Notes: generated by a model not told the origin, from the letters alone. Counted from the first letter of the whole stretch, positions 12,721 to 25,194 are shown. The stretch: 62,658 nt of DNA, filler included, from Choristocarpus tenellus KU-1152 (GCA_964200185.2; 10 parts of 10 records of this genome joined end to end with filler, not necessarily neighbours in it), one strand, 5' to 3'. Translations and numbers: made by a program.

Positions 12721-14589
12721 TACAACCCAGTTCTTCTAGTTTTATTTTCAATTTCAATTCCACACAACACCTATAATAGGATCTGGTAAAAAGAATTTCA
12801 TAGTAAAATTGTTTTTCTCTTCATCCATCAATCACTTCCCCGATTTCTGATTCCTGCTCTGTGTCCCTACATACTGTATTGTCTTTTCAACTGCATACAT
12901 GGAAACAACAAAGCAGAAAGCTGATACGTCACGATATTTCATTGGTATGATGCAACTTTCCAGGAGTTGATTTTGGAACCGTACACAACAACATTATTAG
13001 TCCATTCGGACCAACGCAGGTACCCTATCTGCGTTTGTATTGGAAGAACAATCGTGGGGCGGAAGTTCAGTTCGCATAGTAGGTACAGTAGACCACATAG
13101 ACACCGCCATCGGCTTATCCGGGATCCTGTGCCTAACTCGACTGTCGGTCTTTGTTCTTCATTCCCATTGAGATAGAGTAAAAATATCAGTTGCAGGTAC
13201 CAAATTACATTAAGATGGCAGTTTTAAATCGAACCAAACCCTACTATCGATAATCCGTATCCCCCAAATATATGCCACGCTATGGCTATAACATGGGTTC
13301 CATCTGTATTGTTTTAGTTCGATGTGGTCAGAGATAAGCTACGGTCTGAGACGCTGGTACGATGTGCAACCAGCAAGTTTCAGCCGACGTGTTAGCCTAT
13401 CGACTATCTTCTTGCCAAGTTATCTTGTTGAGGGGTGCGGTCTAGGCGGCGCGTTACTAGGGTCATTCATTGCTGTCTGTCACGGAGACCAAATTGCCAT
13501 ACTTTTATATCTCACGGATATATCGTCTAACCTAGGGACCCAACCTCACACAGCACCTTCCACAATAGACAGAACCTGGTAGGCGATGGATCAGAGTTAA
13601 TGTACCTAGCGTGAGCGACAAAACACAGAGCTCTCAAGTTCAGTGCGGGAGAACTTAATATAGGTAATGCAACGTCACTTGAAAACAAGTACGGAAGAGC
13701 TTGGCGACTAACCTACAATGCATTGAACATCCTGTCCATATTGATGGCATCATAATGGACCAACCGTGTCCCTTCGCCTTCTATGATACAAACTCTCGCC
13801 ACATTTTCTCGAATCGTTCTGGAACATCGAAAGTGAGTGAAAACGAATGCTTTGAGTGATCATTCAAGTAACATCTTGAGTGAGAAAGATGAGAAGTATG
13901 CAGCAAAATTCGCAAGGAAGAAACGGCTGCCACGCGACAACTGAGGACACGGAGAGATTTATGCGCAAGATCCATCAAAAACAGCGACATATCTTGGAGC
14001 TGGAGGGATGCGTTCTTGAGAGACGAAATAAGGCAAGGAGCTGACATATCGGTTTGTTTCTTTGCTATAACAACACACTACTGCAACAAATCTGTGGAGG
14101 AATTGGTATGTGAATGCCATGTGTGTATGTGGTGACCCATACAAGTCTCTTCAGGTTCGTATGACTTCAGAGAAGCAGGAGCAACAGAAGTGGGCAATGC
14201 ACAGCTCTAATAAGTTGACAGGGTGGTGCAATGGCTTTAACTGCATTAAAGTTCCAGATTCTCGAGATCGGCCTTCGGACCGCCAGGTTAGAGCAATGGA
14301 CAGACAGACCTATCCACATTCCTATCCCCTATGCTTCCTTTCACCCCAATCAATCCACCTCACCAACTATGAATTGTTCAATGGAAAAATAACCAGATAA
14401 ATCCTAGGCCTTGAACTAACAATTTAGTGTGAACTGATTCATTTGCTGCAAGTTCCCATCATTTTGACTACTACAAGCACCTCAACATCCACCTCCATTT
14501 TTTCTAACGAAAAATGATACAGGTTGGGAAAGAGAAATTGCAGCAAGTACCATTTTAACAAATCCTTGATCGCTTGTTTTTCCTTGCAG

Positions 14590-17054
14590 TTTCCAGTGAG
14601 ACACTACTCCCTCTTCGATAATGAAGTATGGAGCAGGGACCAGATGCGACAGTGGTACGACATATACTCAACTCCACAGAAGAAAGAAAACTTCAACTCA
14701 CTGGCCGTTGGATATGTTGCTCTTCCCAAGCAGGTTTGTATTGTTGCTTGCAGACTTGTGACCCTTGAGCCTAAAACTGCCAATGAGATTATCTCATTGG
14801 TGGAAAATTCAACCATTGATTTTTATTATGGGCATTGTTGAAATGTGAATGAAAAGTATATTATTATTTTCATAACATGGTCCTCAGATTTGAAGTGCTC
14901 AGGGTATGTTGTATTTGCTGATTATATCAGCTCCTTAAATTCACTGCCTTCTTTCTGTTGCCTCTAGCCAACTACTCTGGAGTGTCAAGTGATTCCTGAG
15001 AACTACTACCTGCAGGGCAGTGTTATTGTCCAAACCAAGAGAGCAAGCGCTAGCCTGTAGTGGCTTCTGTAGCACAGTTTCCGTCCTCTGGCTTAAAATT
15101 ATGTATTCTATCAACAGTGACACTTTCTTCCCTGTGCCATTTCTCTCTGTAGAATGACAACTACCCTCTACCCTTGGAGAAACAGACCTCAGGACCACAA
15201 TTGGCAAAGGTGTCAAATCAGGCAAAGGCCAAGTCCAAGCAAGAATATGACATACATTGGAGGACACTAGCAAGCAGACCCTTCATGGACTTTGAAGGAA
15301 ATCTTAAAATTGGACAAGCAAGGGATGCAATGTTTGCTTTGCAGTTCAGTACCCCCAAAGGGTGGGGATGTGGACACAACCATGTAGCAGTGAGTCCTAT
15401 TTTTCCTACCACTAGGGTGCAATTGTTGAATTAAACACGTGATGCCGCACACAATAGATTGTTGAATTTGAGTATGCACAGATAATTTGTGGTAAAGTTC
15501 ATCAGTTCTGACACCAAAATAATGTCTCCCAACCCCACTGAGTTGGGTGTGGTATATTGATGGGGAATCTTGTGAGTAGTTCGATGTGTATCTCACTTTG
15601 ACCTAACCATCTTTTTCTATTAGTGTTTGAATGAGTAACTCATACATGAATGTTTAATGTTACACAATTTCTGTGTTCACTAGCCTGCTAAATCATCCAT
15701 AGGCATGAGTAGCATGTCCATCCAGATACAGAAATCATTTGTACCTGAAACTCCTTGAATGAGAAATATAGGTTGGTGCTATTTATTCATTATTAAAGCG
15801 AGGACACAACCTTCAATGGACTATGCCTATTTTGCACTTCTTAGCACTCTGTGCTCTTTTTTTAATATTTATATTTTGATTTGGAGAAGATTTGTCTTGT
15901 TAATATGGCGAAGTAAACATAATTTAATGAGTATTCATACATCAACTGTGCAGATTTGTATTGACCCTGAAAAGTGTCCAGAAAAATTACACCTCAAATC
16001 AAGCATTTATGATCTGCGATCATGGTAAACATGTAGATCTCCTTTTCATGGCACAAATCAGTGATATGATGGTTGAAATGCACCAGTTAGATCAGATTTG
16101 AGCGACCAGACGTGTGAAAACATGGAATGGAGTGCATTACATGAAGAAACCAAAAATTTCATGCCCACACACGGTGGAAATGGCAGCAAATGGAGAAAAG
16201 AAAGAGGAGAACATGGTCTACTACTCCATGGGGCATGCCTGGACATCCAGACAGACCATTCCAAGAATAGATGTGCAATACATGACAAGAAGTTTGCGAA
16301 AATTTGGAATGTGTATATACATATCCCTTGGTATGTATGTATGTGAAGGGATATTGCAGGTGAAAAAAAATCTTATGGAGCTGAACTATCTGCATATTTC
16401 CCCCTTTCACTCCCACACACAGGGCTTGCGTTTGCCTCCCTGGAAGGAGCACCCTCCACAAGAAGCTCCAACTTACAAGTCTCCTGAACTACTCAAAGCC
16501 CGAGACACCTACTTGCAGGTATTTTCATCTCTTGGGTTCTCAAAAACAAAAAGCAGCATAATTTGTAATTTCAATTATGAGTAGCACTGGGCGGTAAATA
16601 AAACATTACCTGTACAATATCATTGGTCAGTGATTGGTAGATACATAAAAAAAATGAAGTGCTTATGTGTGGACTCTTGATGGATATTAATTGGAATGGT
16701 GTAGTGCTGTGATGACTATTGCACAGACCTTTGAAGCATCGCAAATGTGAATGCCCCATGCCTTAGATCTCTTCAGAAGATATCAATTTTACATCAAGAG
16801 TAAAATATAGCTTACACAGATCAGCATTGTCTATTACTCCTCGACAGACTATAGAAGACACAGGCTAGAAGAGGGTCAGTTGAATTCTGTCTTACTATCA
16901 TTGTCTTTGTAGAGAAAAACAAACATACCTTCCTTTTCTTAACTTGCCACAGGAAGGAGGGGGCTTAGAGAAATACAAAGTGGTGCAAGCTCAGACATAC
17001 CAAAGGAAAGTGGCCATGCAAGAAGGAAGTGGATTGTTCAGCTATGAAGAATAG
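14590..17054 (+). CDS. Unknown multi-exon protein, 5' end unresolved. Exons 14590-14733, 15153-15389, 15624-15634, 15954-16024, 16096-16310, 16423-16518, 16953-17054
   Basis: A GT-AG chain with consistent phases gives one open frame FPVRHYSLFDNEVW...GWGCGHNHVA-CLNE-FVLTLK...HDKKFAKIWN-GLRLPPW...GLFSYEE*. The donor at 16311 (GTGTAT) is weak. No family recognised. Confidence 0.65.
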
Positions 17055-18205
17055 CACTGTGGCTATTATAAATGTGAGCACTACAAAACTTCCACCACAA
17101 ATGTTCAACCATGTTGAATTTCCCATTATCACAAAATTGGATCCTCAGCTATACCTCTTGGGTAACATGAACCCACCCTTGGGTCAATGACAAATATCAA
17201 GACTTTCCCTGTGTTGTTCAGAGCTCAGGTGATGACCATTTGAACACAAGATGCTTAGACATCCTCTAGAATTAGGATTCTCAAAAAATCTGAGAGAGCA
17301 TTGTCTATGTCACCTTGTCTAAGAGGCCATCAACCTTCAGTAAGGAGTACAAAGCAAGAAACCATTACTCACCACTGTGCAAAATTGACAGTGTCATGAA
17401 AGTCCCAAACAAAAACAGCTGGAGAGATTTTATCACTGTTCAACTCCACTACACAGTGCCCTTTAGCCATAAGGCGACTCAAGCTTGCCCTGTCTAACAG
17501 CATTACTTAGGTCAAGTAGAGAACATGGTGGACAGTGTATAAGGAGTTTTGAGTCACATGTTTCTCTTCATATTAAAAAAACTAAGATGGATGCATCCAT
17601 CCCTTTACCAGCTTTACAGCCACCTATCCTCCTTGACTGGAGACCTCAGGATTTCAACCAAATGAGTTCTAGGACAGCTTATGTTCCACCATATTGCAAA
17701 TTAAATGAGAAATATTGATTAAGAACCCAATACAGACAGCAGCAAAACTAAATGTATGTACAAATTTGGTTGACATGAGTACTGCACATGTGAAGAGTCT
17801 GATACAGGGCAAAAAGAATAAGTTGAGTATCACCTTTGCAAAAAAAACTATCTGTTTGAAATGCTTAAGACTAATGTGGAGACAATAATAATGCGCCACA
17901 AATTTGTGATCAAGGCTGTTAACAAATAGAATATTGACATAAATCAGCACATTATAAATGTGACTGTAGAAAAATAAATCCAAGGGCATTCGCAGCTCAA
18001 GGCTGAGATTATGTCTACTGTCATAGGTTCTACATCTATAGCAAACAGGTTGTCCTAAAATAGTACTGAAAAAGGTGGAAGAACGCCAAACTGTAGGAAA
18101 TTGTGCATTGATGAAGTGTGAAATAACTGGGGTCCTTTATAACATCCATGTATGATATCATTTTGTATCACAGAGTGACAATTAAAACTGCATGCACAAC
18201 TTGAA

Positions 18206-19358
18206 CTACTTATTTATCCTCATTTTGGCATATTTTCCTTTAAACGGCTTCTTTCTTCCCGCCAACCATGCAGTATGACCATGGCCTGCACCCCCTGACT
18301 TCACCTCTTCAACAGACTGCTGTGAAGATTTCCTAGCCTGTGAATGCCCCTTGCCCTTACGATCTTTGTTTGTTACTACCTTCGTAATTTTTGGTTGTGG
18401 TGCTGCTGCCATTGTCTGTTTAAGATGGGCCTGTCATTCGAGGAAGAGATAACGTTCGGAACCATTGAAATAGAGAACTCAGTGTAAGAGTTGTGGTGTA
18501 TAACCTATCTCACAGTCGGGCGAATACTACCAACCTAAAGGAACGCCAAAATGTTCGTCTAGCAATCACAGTTTCCAACAGTCCAGATATAGCAATCTAC
18601 AGTCAGTGCTGCAATACAGTCCATGTTCCGCACCTGGATTGCCCCGAATGGGTCCTCCCCAAAGACTGGTGCTCTGAGTACAGCATTGAGCTGCTCCAAT
18701 TCTAATTCCATCACTTTTTTCCTGCCCCTGTTACTCACAACCCTTATCGTTCTGCTCTGCGCAGGTGTAGTCACTCCGCTGCCAGATCCAAAAAATGTGG
18801 GTAACTCCTCACCATTAGTGAGGGAATCCAAAAGCCCTGTCATTCCGTCAAGACCTCTTGTGATCCTCTTAAAACGGAGAACGCGTAACAAAGCGCAGGG
18901 TGGCAAACGAAGAATAACAGACCATTAGGTGTTGAGTCATATGGAACAAAACGTGTATATAGTAAGCGTCCCGTACCAATTCACATTTGGCTTCGTCAAT
19001 GAAGGGTCACACTGACGCTGACCACAAACCTTTGAAGGTTGCTTTTTCTCTATCTTTTCCACCATTTTCATCTTCTTCGCCAAGGTTTGCTTCTTTAGAG
19101 CCCGTTTCCTCTGTCCTCGACTCGATGGCATGGCTGAGCCATCTTCAGTCACAGTAGACTTCGCTCCTGCAAAGGTGGCAAAAACACTGTGTTTAGACAG
19201 GGATAACAGTGGGATAGATGACAAAAAACACTACCCAGGAAGGAATTACTCTATCCGCCCTCCAAAATGATTATCCTCAGTAGTTGACAACCCAAAAGCT
19301 AGATATAGTCCCTACCTGGACCTTGCCGGAAGCGCCTGGCTTTCTTCACCTTGCCCAT
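18206..19358 (-). CDS. SLX9: SLX9/FAM207A-like ribosome biogenesis protein. Exons 19358-19316, 19166-19030, 18867-18634, 18430-18206
   Basis: Basic protein MGKVKKARRFR...SRGQRKRALKK...ELEQLNAVLRAPVFGEDPFGAIQAHLKQT, matching the SLX9 C-terminal motif (E..Q...VL..P.F...PF.AI..HL..T). All splice phases fit. Confidence 0.8.
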
Positions 19359-19702
19359 GTTGTTTTATGTGTACAGTAGTGAGGAGAAACCTTATCCAAA
19401 CGATGACAGGCGTACATACATAGATGCGATCTCTTCCTCTGAAATAGCTAGAGGCACTACGTAGAACGGCAAAGATGGCACACAACAATACAGTCACCAA
19501 TGTTTATCCAGAAATTCTTGTTCAGAGATGGGTGGTGTTTGATGAGGACTGATACTATTGATAGGTACGTTCATATCAAGGTATACCTTTGAAGTGCCAT
19601 TCGTTATCGTAAGGAAGGTATGACACTCACCTTCCTCTTTCACTTACGCAGACTGTGTTAAGGTTCCCTTGTAGCACATCTCACCTCTCATCTTCATTTT
19701 GT

Positions 19703-19775
19703 ATATTATTTTATTATTATGCCCTCTGATACTTTGCAGATGTGTCAGGGGGAAACCAATGAAAACTGTATATTA
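19703..19775 (+). repeat. Short interspersed repeat (TTTTATTATTATGCCC...GCAGATGTGTCAGGGGG.ACCAATGAAAACT)
   Basis: Near-identical copy at ~30862-30930. The reverse complement of its start is at 22941-22956. Confidence 0.7.
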
Positions 19776-20179
19776 TATTACTTATCACTTATAACCACTT
19801 TTTGAGTTATTTCGTGTCCTATTATCTTTTTTAGTGTTTTGCTTTGTGTACGACAAATCAATTCCACCAAGAGTTCTTAAAAGTTCCTAATCAAGGGATG
19901 TGCCTTCTCACAAAATCAATACACCTAAGAAAGATTGTACATCTTTCACCGTTTGAGGGTGTGCATTTCTATAACACGTTGGATATAGACTTGTGAGTTC
20001 CTGTTGGGCTGATACCAAGTCTAAAATATTGGCTTTGCACTGAGCAAAATTGGACCTTGGATGACCTTGAGGCAACCTGGATGGTCTGTAAAGTTGATAG
20101 AACCGTAGAAATTAATCGTTAATGTATGGTGTATCCAAGTTGAAGAGGCCAAGAAATATCGTCTAAATATAGTAATAGC

Positions 20180-20244
20180 TGTGAATCGTGTGATTCTGTG
20201 GCGGTGTGGTTCACTCAGGCAAGGGTGGCGAAGAGAATCACCAG
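20180..20244 (+). repeat. Interspersed repeat start TGTGAATC..., truncated by contig end
   Basis: Inverted homologue of 12658-12720. Confidence 0.75.
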
Positions 20245-20344
20245 NNNNNNNNNNNNNNNNNNNNNNNNNNNNNNNNNNNNNNNNNNNNTTAATTAATTAA
20301 NNNNNNNNNNNNNNNNNNNNNNNNNNNNNNNNNNNNNNNNNNNN
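20245..20344. other. Artificial contig spacer
   Basis: N44-TTAATTAATTAA-N44. Confidence 0.99.
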
Positions 20345-20391
20345 CAAATGGACAGTGGCCCCCCCCCCACCCCCCCCAGATACTTTGAGCT
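20345..20391 (-). mobile_element. MITE family B end (partial)
   Basis: CAAATGGACAG-polyC-AGATACTTTGAGCT at the contig start. Confidence 0.7.
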
Positions 20392-20729
20392 TATGTACTA
20401 CCCTGTTTCGAAAGAACTCTCTCATATTTTCCTTACGAAGGTCCATGATCAACGTTTCAGAAGTCATTACCCCCTGCCCAAACCTCTAATGCATATTTTT
20501 TCAACTGGTACTTGAACGTGTCACTAGGCAAGCGTGAGGTGGTAACTGAACCACCACCTCCAGTAACACATTGCTCAAGTCTTTCTACCACCTTCTACAT
20601 TGATCAACAGCATGACAGCATGAAACATTCACAAGGCACAAATGCAACAAAACTCTTCCGTAGCATGGTACCACATCGCGGAAAGCGATTGCTGGTGCGA
20701 TACATGTAAGCAGATATGGAAGTACACAC

Positions 20730-21862
20730 CTGTATCTTGTAAATACTTGCAGTCAAGTTGTCCAGATCACCCACAAGCTCCTCGTGGAAGCTTCTGTTTT
20801 CCTCTACGGAGGAAAAAACACACTGTCGCACTTCGTTGATTGCACTGGCCAACTTATTACCCACTTGATTCGCCACTTGAGTTTCATGCCGCAGTTGTGA
20901 AACAACTCTATGAACGTTCATATTTGCTTCTTGAGTCTAGTGCAGAGAAATTCAGCAAAGGGATATATAGAGTACGAGTTACGTCAAAGTCGTGCCACAA
21001 TAGCCTGATATCTGAACAAACCTAGAGGAAACCAACTTTTTGACACTTACGTCGCAAAATGCACTTTACATCCTGCATTCCCCAGCATTGAAAACTAGGA
21101 ACACATAGAAGATTCGCAGGTAGACAAGTTGCCTAGAACGCCAAATGGTACATCTTGCCGCACTTGAAGAAAGTCACCCACAGAGTAGTGGGGCAGGATG
21201 TGCAGCTGTAGCATGGGCTGTGGTGCTCACGGAAAGCTCTGCCAATGGTGACATGACACCCAACTTGTGGGCTGGTTAAGAGTACATGTGGTGCTATGAC
21301 AGCTGTTGTAGAAATATCGGCAACGTGGCGAGGTGCATCTCTACACTTTGGAAACGTCTGATGTAAGTGGTAGCGCCGACAGTTGTACCACAACACACAC
21401 ATAGCGGTTGGGAAAAAAGCGTACGTCTGGGTCCCGTGGTTTCCCATTGCCCTCTTGTCTCTCTTTCCACTTCCAAGAACCTGCTTCTGAAGCTCTTTCT
21501 TGCTAGCTCTAATATGTGGGATAATCCTCATGATGCTTTCAACTTCTCCGGTATAATTTAAAACTGACCAAACTTGGCAGTAAACGAGATGTGTTACACA
21601 CATGTCAGCACCCTCTGCTTACCTCCTTTCTCAAAGTATCTATTGCCATCGTGAGCTGTGAAGTATCCACGCCGCCACTTGTTTGCTTCGACCTCCCAAA
21701 AGCTTTCAACACTAGGTCTCCACCCCACTCCACAAGGGCTCCATCGGCCTCCGAACAATTGTCCTCACCACTATCGCCGGTCAGTTTTTTCCAACCCTCC
21801 TTGACCAGATTTGCGCCTACTCGTAGGGCAGCATATGCCAATGGACCCCCCAGAATTTCCAT
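20730..21862 (-). CDS. Unknown helical/coiled-coil protein, 3'-partial. Exons 21862-21623 and 20936-20730
   Basis: A phase-0 GT-AG join gives ...AIDTLRKE|TQEANMNVHRVVSQLRHETQVANQ... The internal repeat LRKETQEAN/LRHETQVAN spans the junction and supports it. Confidence 0.6.
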
Positions 21863-22959
21863 CGTTTGTTAAATTTGGGGTCTCACTCGACCTGCAAGAT
21901 ATGTGCACACAGGAATTGCGCAGGCAACCTTTGTTCATTAATAACAACAGAAGCGATCTGTGTGCTTCTATTCGCATCGATTTAATACCCAACTAAAAAC
22001 AATATTCAGTCCACCAAGCAACACGATTCTCAAAATAGGGATGTACTTCTTTGTCGTTTCCCTGTCGGTCTTCCACGCGCACACCATGGGGAGTGCACGT
22101 ACAAAGATGATTCACCAACACAAAACAAATTGTCTTCAATCACATGTCCCAATGCACTTGGTAACACCAAACTCTCTTGCAACGGTGAGATTTACCGTTT
22201 AGAGGAAGAGAAGATGTTGGTCATCCAGATCTTTCAGTCCACAATCGACGAATTACAGGTGGTACAAACTGCAATGGACAGATGTGTTGCCCAGGTTGTT
22301 CACTCGCAGTACAGTAGGGAAACAGAAACTCATTTTAAAATAACCTCCCTTCTACAGTGTTTTGGTGAAGTACAGCACCTACAACAAATAAAAACCTTGA
22401 TAGAGATAATGAAGACAGATCACGTATAGAGGTTCTGGAAATGTGGAACGGCAAAGGTAGACACTTTGAGATACTCGTCTCTTGTCTCTTGTATAAAAAT
22501 TTCAGTACAAAATCTGTCATGTCCATATCTCCATCCTCTGAAAAAAAGCACATGAAAAACATTTTTGTGACTTCAAGGCAGTTCAAACTCCACAGAACGT
22601 TTCTACGAAGGCAACAAAATTTCGAACAAAGTTCTGAGGCCCGTGCAGCAAAGTTCAGCAAGCCACCATGTGAAATTTTTCACCATGTAACATAATCGAG
22701 GCAGTTCACATATAGAGCTTGTAATAATGTAGAACCACTGACCTACACACTTTGTGATACTCATCCCTCGTCTCTTACATAAAGTTCAGAAAAAAATCTC
22801 CCATCTGCATGTTGTGAAAAACATGAAAAATATTCTTCCAACTTCAAGGTAGTAGTTCGAAGTCCACAGAAAGTTTCTATGAAGGCAACAAAATTTCGAA
22901 CAAAGTAAAAGATGTGAAATTCTTCACGATACAGTAAGGAGGGCATAATAATAAAAATA

Positions 22960-24639
22960 CAGTAAGGGTCCCACTTTAGTGCGGTGTCGTGACAAGAAGC
23001 ATTTACCGCACTATTGCGGGACCCCGCACTATTCGTTAACGTTTCTGAATAGTGCGGTCACCGCACTATTCGAGGAAATCATCTACATACGCGCGTATTT
23101 CAGAGTAATGACACACCGTAAAAACGTACCTGGTACGACAGTATCGCCTACCGCACAAAACCAACGTGTGCGGCCACGTGGATAATATGGAGTGTGATGA
23201 GAGGATGGTCGCGGCTGCTTGTTTCGGGTACTGTACTGCTGTATGAACTGTAACTGTTGTGTTTGTGGCAGCGCATTCCGCACCATGCACATTGTGTCAT
23301 ATCGCATAGACAGCGGTACTGGGCAATGTACAGCAGTACTGTACAGTACGTACTGTATCCAGAAAGGGGATTACAGCAGTATGGTCCTGCTGTAGTGTTG
23401 TTGTATCTCACACAAATCATTGCAAGCCACGATACGTTTCAGAGTACGGCTCATGCTCAGAGCCCTGATGACCATCCATTCATACTGTACTCGTATCACT
23501 GCATACCGCACTCAAAATCCACCATGCGTCAGAGCGCAGAGCAGGAGGACTGACTGCCCGTGCCCGAGCCTACTAGTCGCTTCTACACCGAACCGTAATC
23601 GAACGGGACCACCAGCGATACACCTGAAAATTAAGACAAATTACAGCTGGAATTAAGACACTGAACCACTACCACCCCGTGCTCCACTACATATCCCTCT
23701 CTGGTAGGCTCGCAAAGGCTCTAATGTCAGTCTGTTGTACAGGCTTAGAGGCATGCACGTAGATCATTGCCATCTTGGCCTTCTGTAGGTGGAAAGCGGC
23801 CTCCTGCATGTCACATTTCTCGGCGATGGTCTCCAAGTGATGGAAGTGGGAAGAAAGTTCCGAATAAGGTGGAGGCACCTCAGGAAATCGCCCTTTTCTC
23901 ACAGCCTTGGCGTTGATCTCGCATGCTGAGGCTGTGGTGCCCCGGTTCTTCAGTTGTTCCTTGCTACTGGCGATGTTCGACAGCGTTCTCGTGCTGCAGC
24001 TGTACCTCTGAGCTATCTCGGTGTGAGTAACCTTTTGGCCCAGCAGCTCCACAACTTCCAGCTTCTGTCCCAGAGTCAGCCGTCCGCGGGACGTGCATGC
24101 TGCTTTCTTGGCGGCTCCAGACCCTCCCAAGGAAGATGCCGCACCAAATTTGCACTTGCCCGCGGCAGCTTGCGAGGACTGGTTGGCAGACTGCTTGGCA
24201 GCAACGCATGTGGGGCAGATGCGGTGCAATTTGTTGCCGCTCTCCAGCTCCACTTCACCACAGGTGCTGTGGAGCCGGCCATCACACCCTCCTTGGCATA
24301 TGTGGCTGTTAGGTTCTTTTGGGGTCATGTCGGGAAACAGGCATAGCTCACCTGCAGCACAGGCCATCGTGTGGTACAAGCCTACTGCTGCACAACAGTA
24401 GTACTGCTGTAGTACAGTATGACAGGTTTTCTCTCTGTGTGTGTGGTGTGTAGAGAGAGAATGTGTGATGATCGCACTATTCAGGGTCATCATGACCCCC
24501 TAACCACACTATCGGGGGTACATCCCTCAATAGTGCAGTTACCGCACTATGGAGGGACCGAAGTCGTGCCAAGCGATTTTAACCGCACTATTGCCTGACA
24601 AAAACTATTCCGGGCAGCACTAAAGTGGGACCCTTACTG
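22960..24639 (-). mobile_element. pogo/Tigger-type (Tc1/mariner) DNA transposon, internally deleted, 1680 bp
   Basis: Perfect 23-bp TIRs CAGTAAGGGTCCCACTTTAGTGC (22960-22982; 24617-24639). TA lies on both flanks (22958-22959; 24640-24641). Subterminal CCGCACTAT repeats and an HTH-bearing ORF are present. Confidence 0.93.
23687..24367 (-). CDS. Truncated pogo transposase: C4HC3 PHD-like finger + CENP-B/psq-type HTH fused in frame to the C-terminal tail; no DDE domain
   Basis: MACAAGELC...CQGGCDGRLHSTC...ICPTC, then RGRLTLGQKLEVVELL...TEIAQRYSCSTRTLSNI...KAVRKGRFPEV, directly followed by PPPYSELSSHF...KPVQQTDIRAF. The ATG at 24367 is preferred over 24493. Confidence 0.8.
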   Translation of the reverse strand: MACAAGELCLFPDMTPKEPNSHICQGGCDGRLHSTCGEVELESGNKLHRICPTCVAAKQSANQSSQAAAGKCKFGAASSLGGSGAAKKAACTSRGRLTLGQKLEVVELLGQKVTHTEIAQRYSCSTRTLSNIASSKEQLKNRGTTASACEINAKAVRKGRFPEVPPPYSELSSHFHHLETIAEKCDMQEAAFHLQKAKMAMIYVHASKPVQQTDIRAFASLPERDM

Positions 24640-24849
24640 TATAGAGCATAAAAAAATATAGAACTACTGATGTGGACAATCTGTGATGTCCATTACACAT
24701 CTCTAGGATAAAGTGGAGTACAAAATCTCTAATCTCGAAGTTGTGTAAAAACATGAAAAATATTTTTCCAAGTTCAAGGTAGTTCAAAGTCCACAGTAAG
24801 TTTCTAGGAAGGCAACAAAATTTCGAACAAACCTGTATACAGTAGGTTA

Positions 24850-25094
24850 CCCTATTTTGGGCCAAATATTTGAACCAAATTAAAAATATTCAATATTGTA
24901 CCGCTTTTTTTCGACATGCCCCCAAAAATAGGTATTTGTACCGGAATTCTCGTGTTCGGGCGATTTGGCACAAAATCGCAGATATATTCACGCGAGAGTG
25001 GCGCGCGCGAAAAAAATTGTCGCGAAAAGTGCCCTTCTTCCTGAGTCATGCTACCATACAGCAGTACGGTATGATGCTGGTAGGGGAATAAAGT
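24850..25094 (+). mobile_element. Left end of a putative DNA transposon (TA|CCCT...), truncated by contig end
   Basis: About 245 bp are closely similar to 30950-31204. Both copies start after TA. Confidence 0.65.
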
Positions 25095-25194
25095 NNNNNN
25101 NNNNNNNNNNNNNNNNNNNNNNNNNNNNNNNNNNNNNNTTAATTAATTAANNNNNNNNNNNNNNNNNNNNNNNNNNNNNNNNNNNNNNNNNNNN
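25095..25194. other. Artificial contig spacer
   Basis: N44-TTAATTAATTAA-N44. Confidence 0.99.

Larger units (their letters stand above)
22490..24832 (+). repeat. Three diverged direct copies of an AT-rich repeat (cores near 22550-22631, 22820-22905, 24750-24831), interrupted by the pogo element
   Basis: Shared core ACATGAAAAA...TTCAAGG.AG...TCCACAG...GTTTCTA.GAAGGCAACAAAATTTCGAACAAA. Confidence 0.75.

Noticed and set aside
16024-16112. Split TG|A selenocysteine codon in the orphan gene
   Set aside because: An alternative model with the 11-nt micro-exon gives a fully open frame without recoding.
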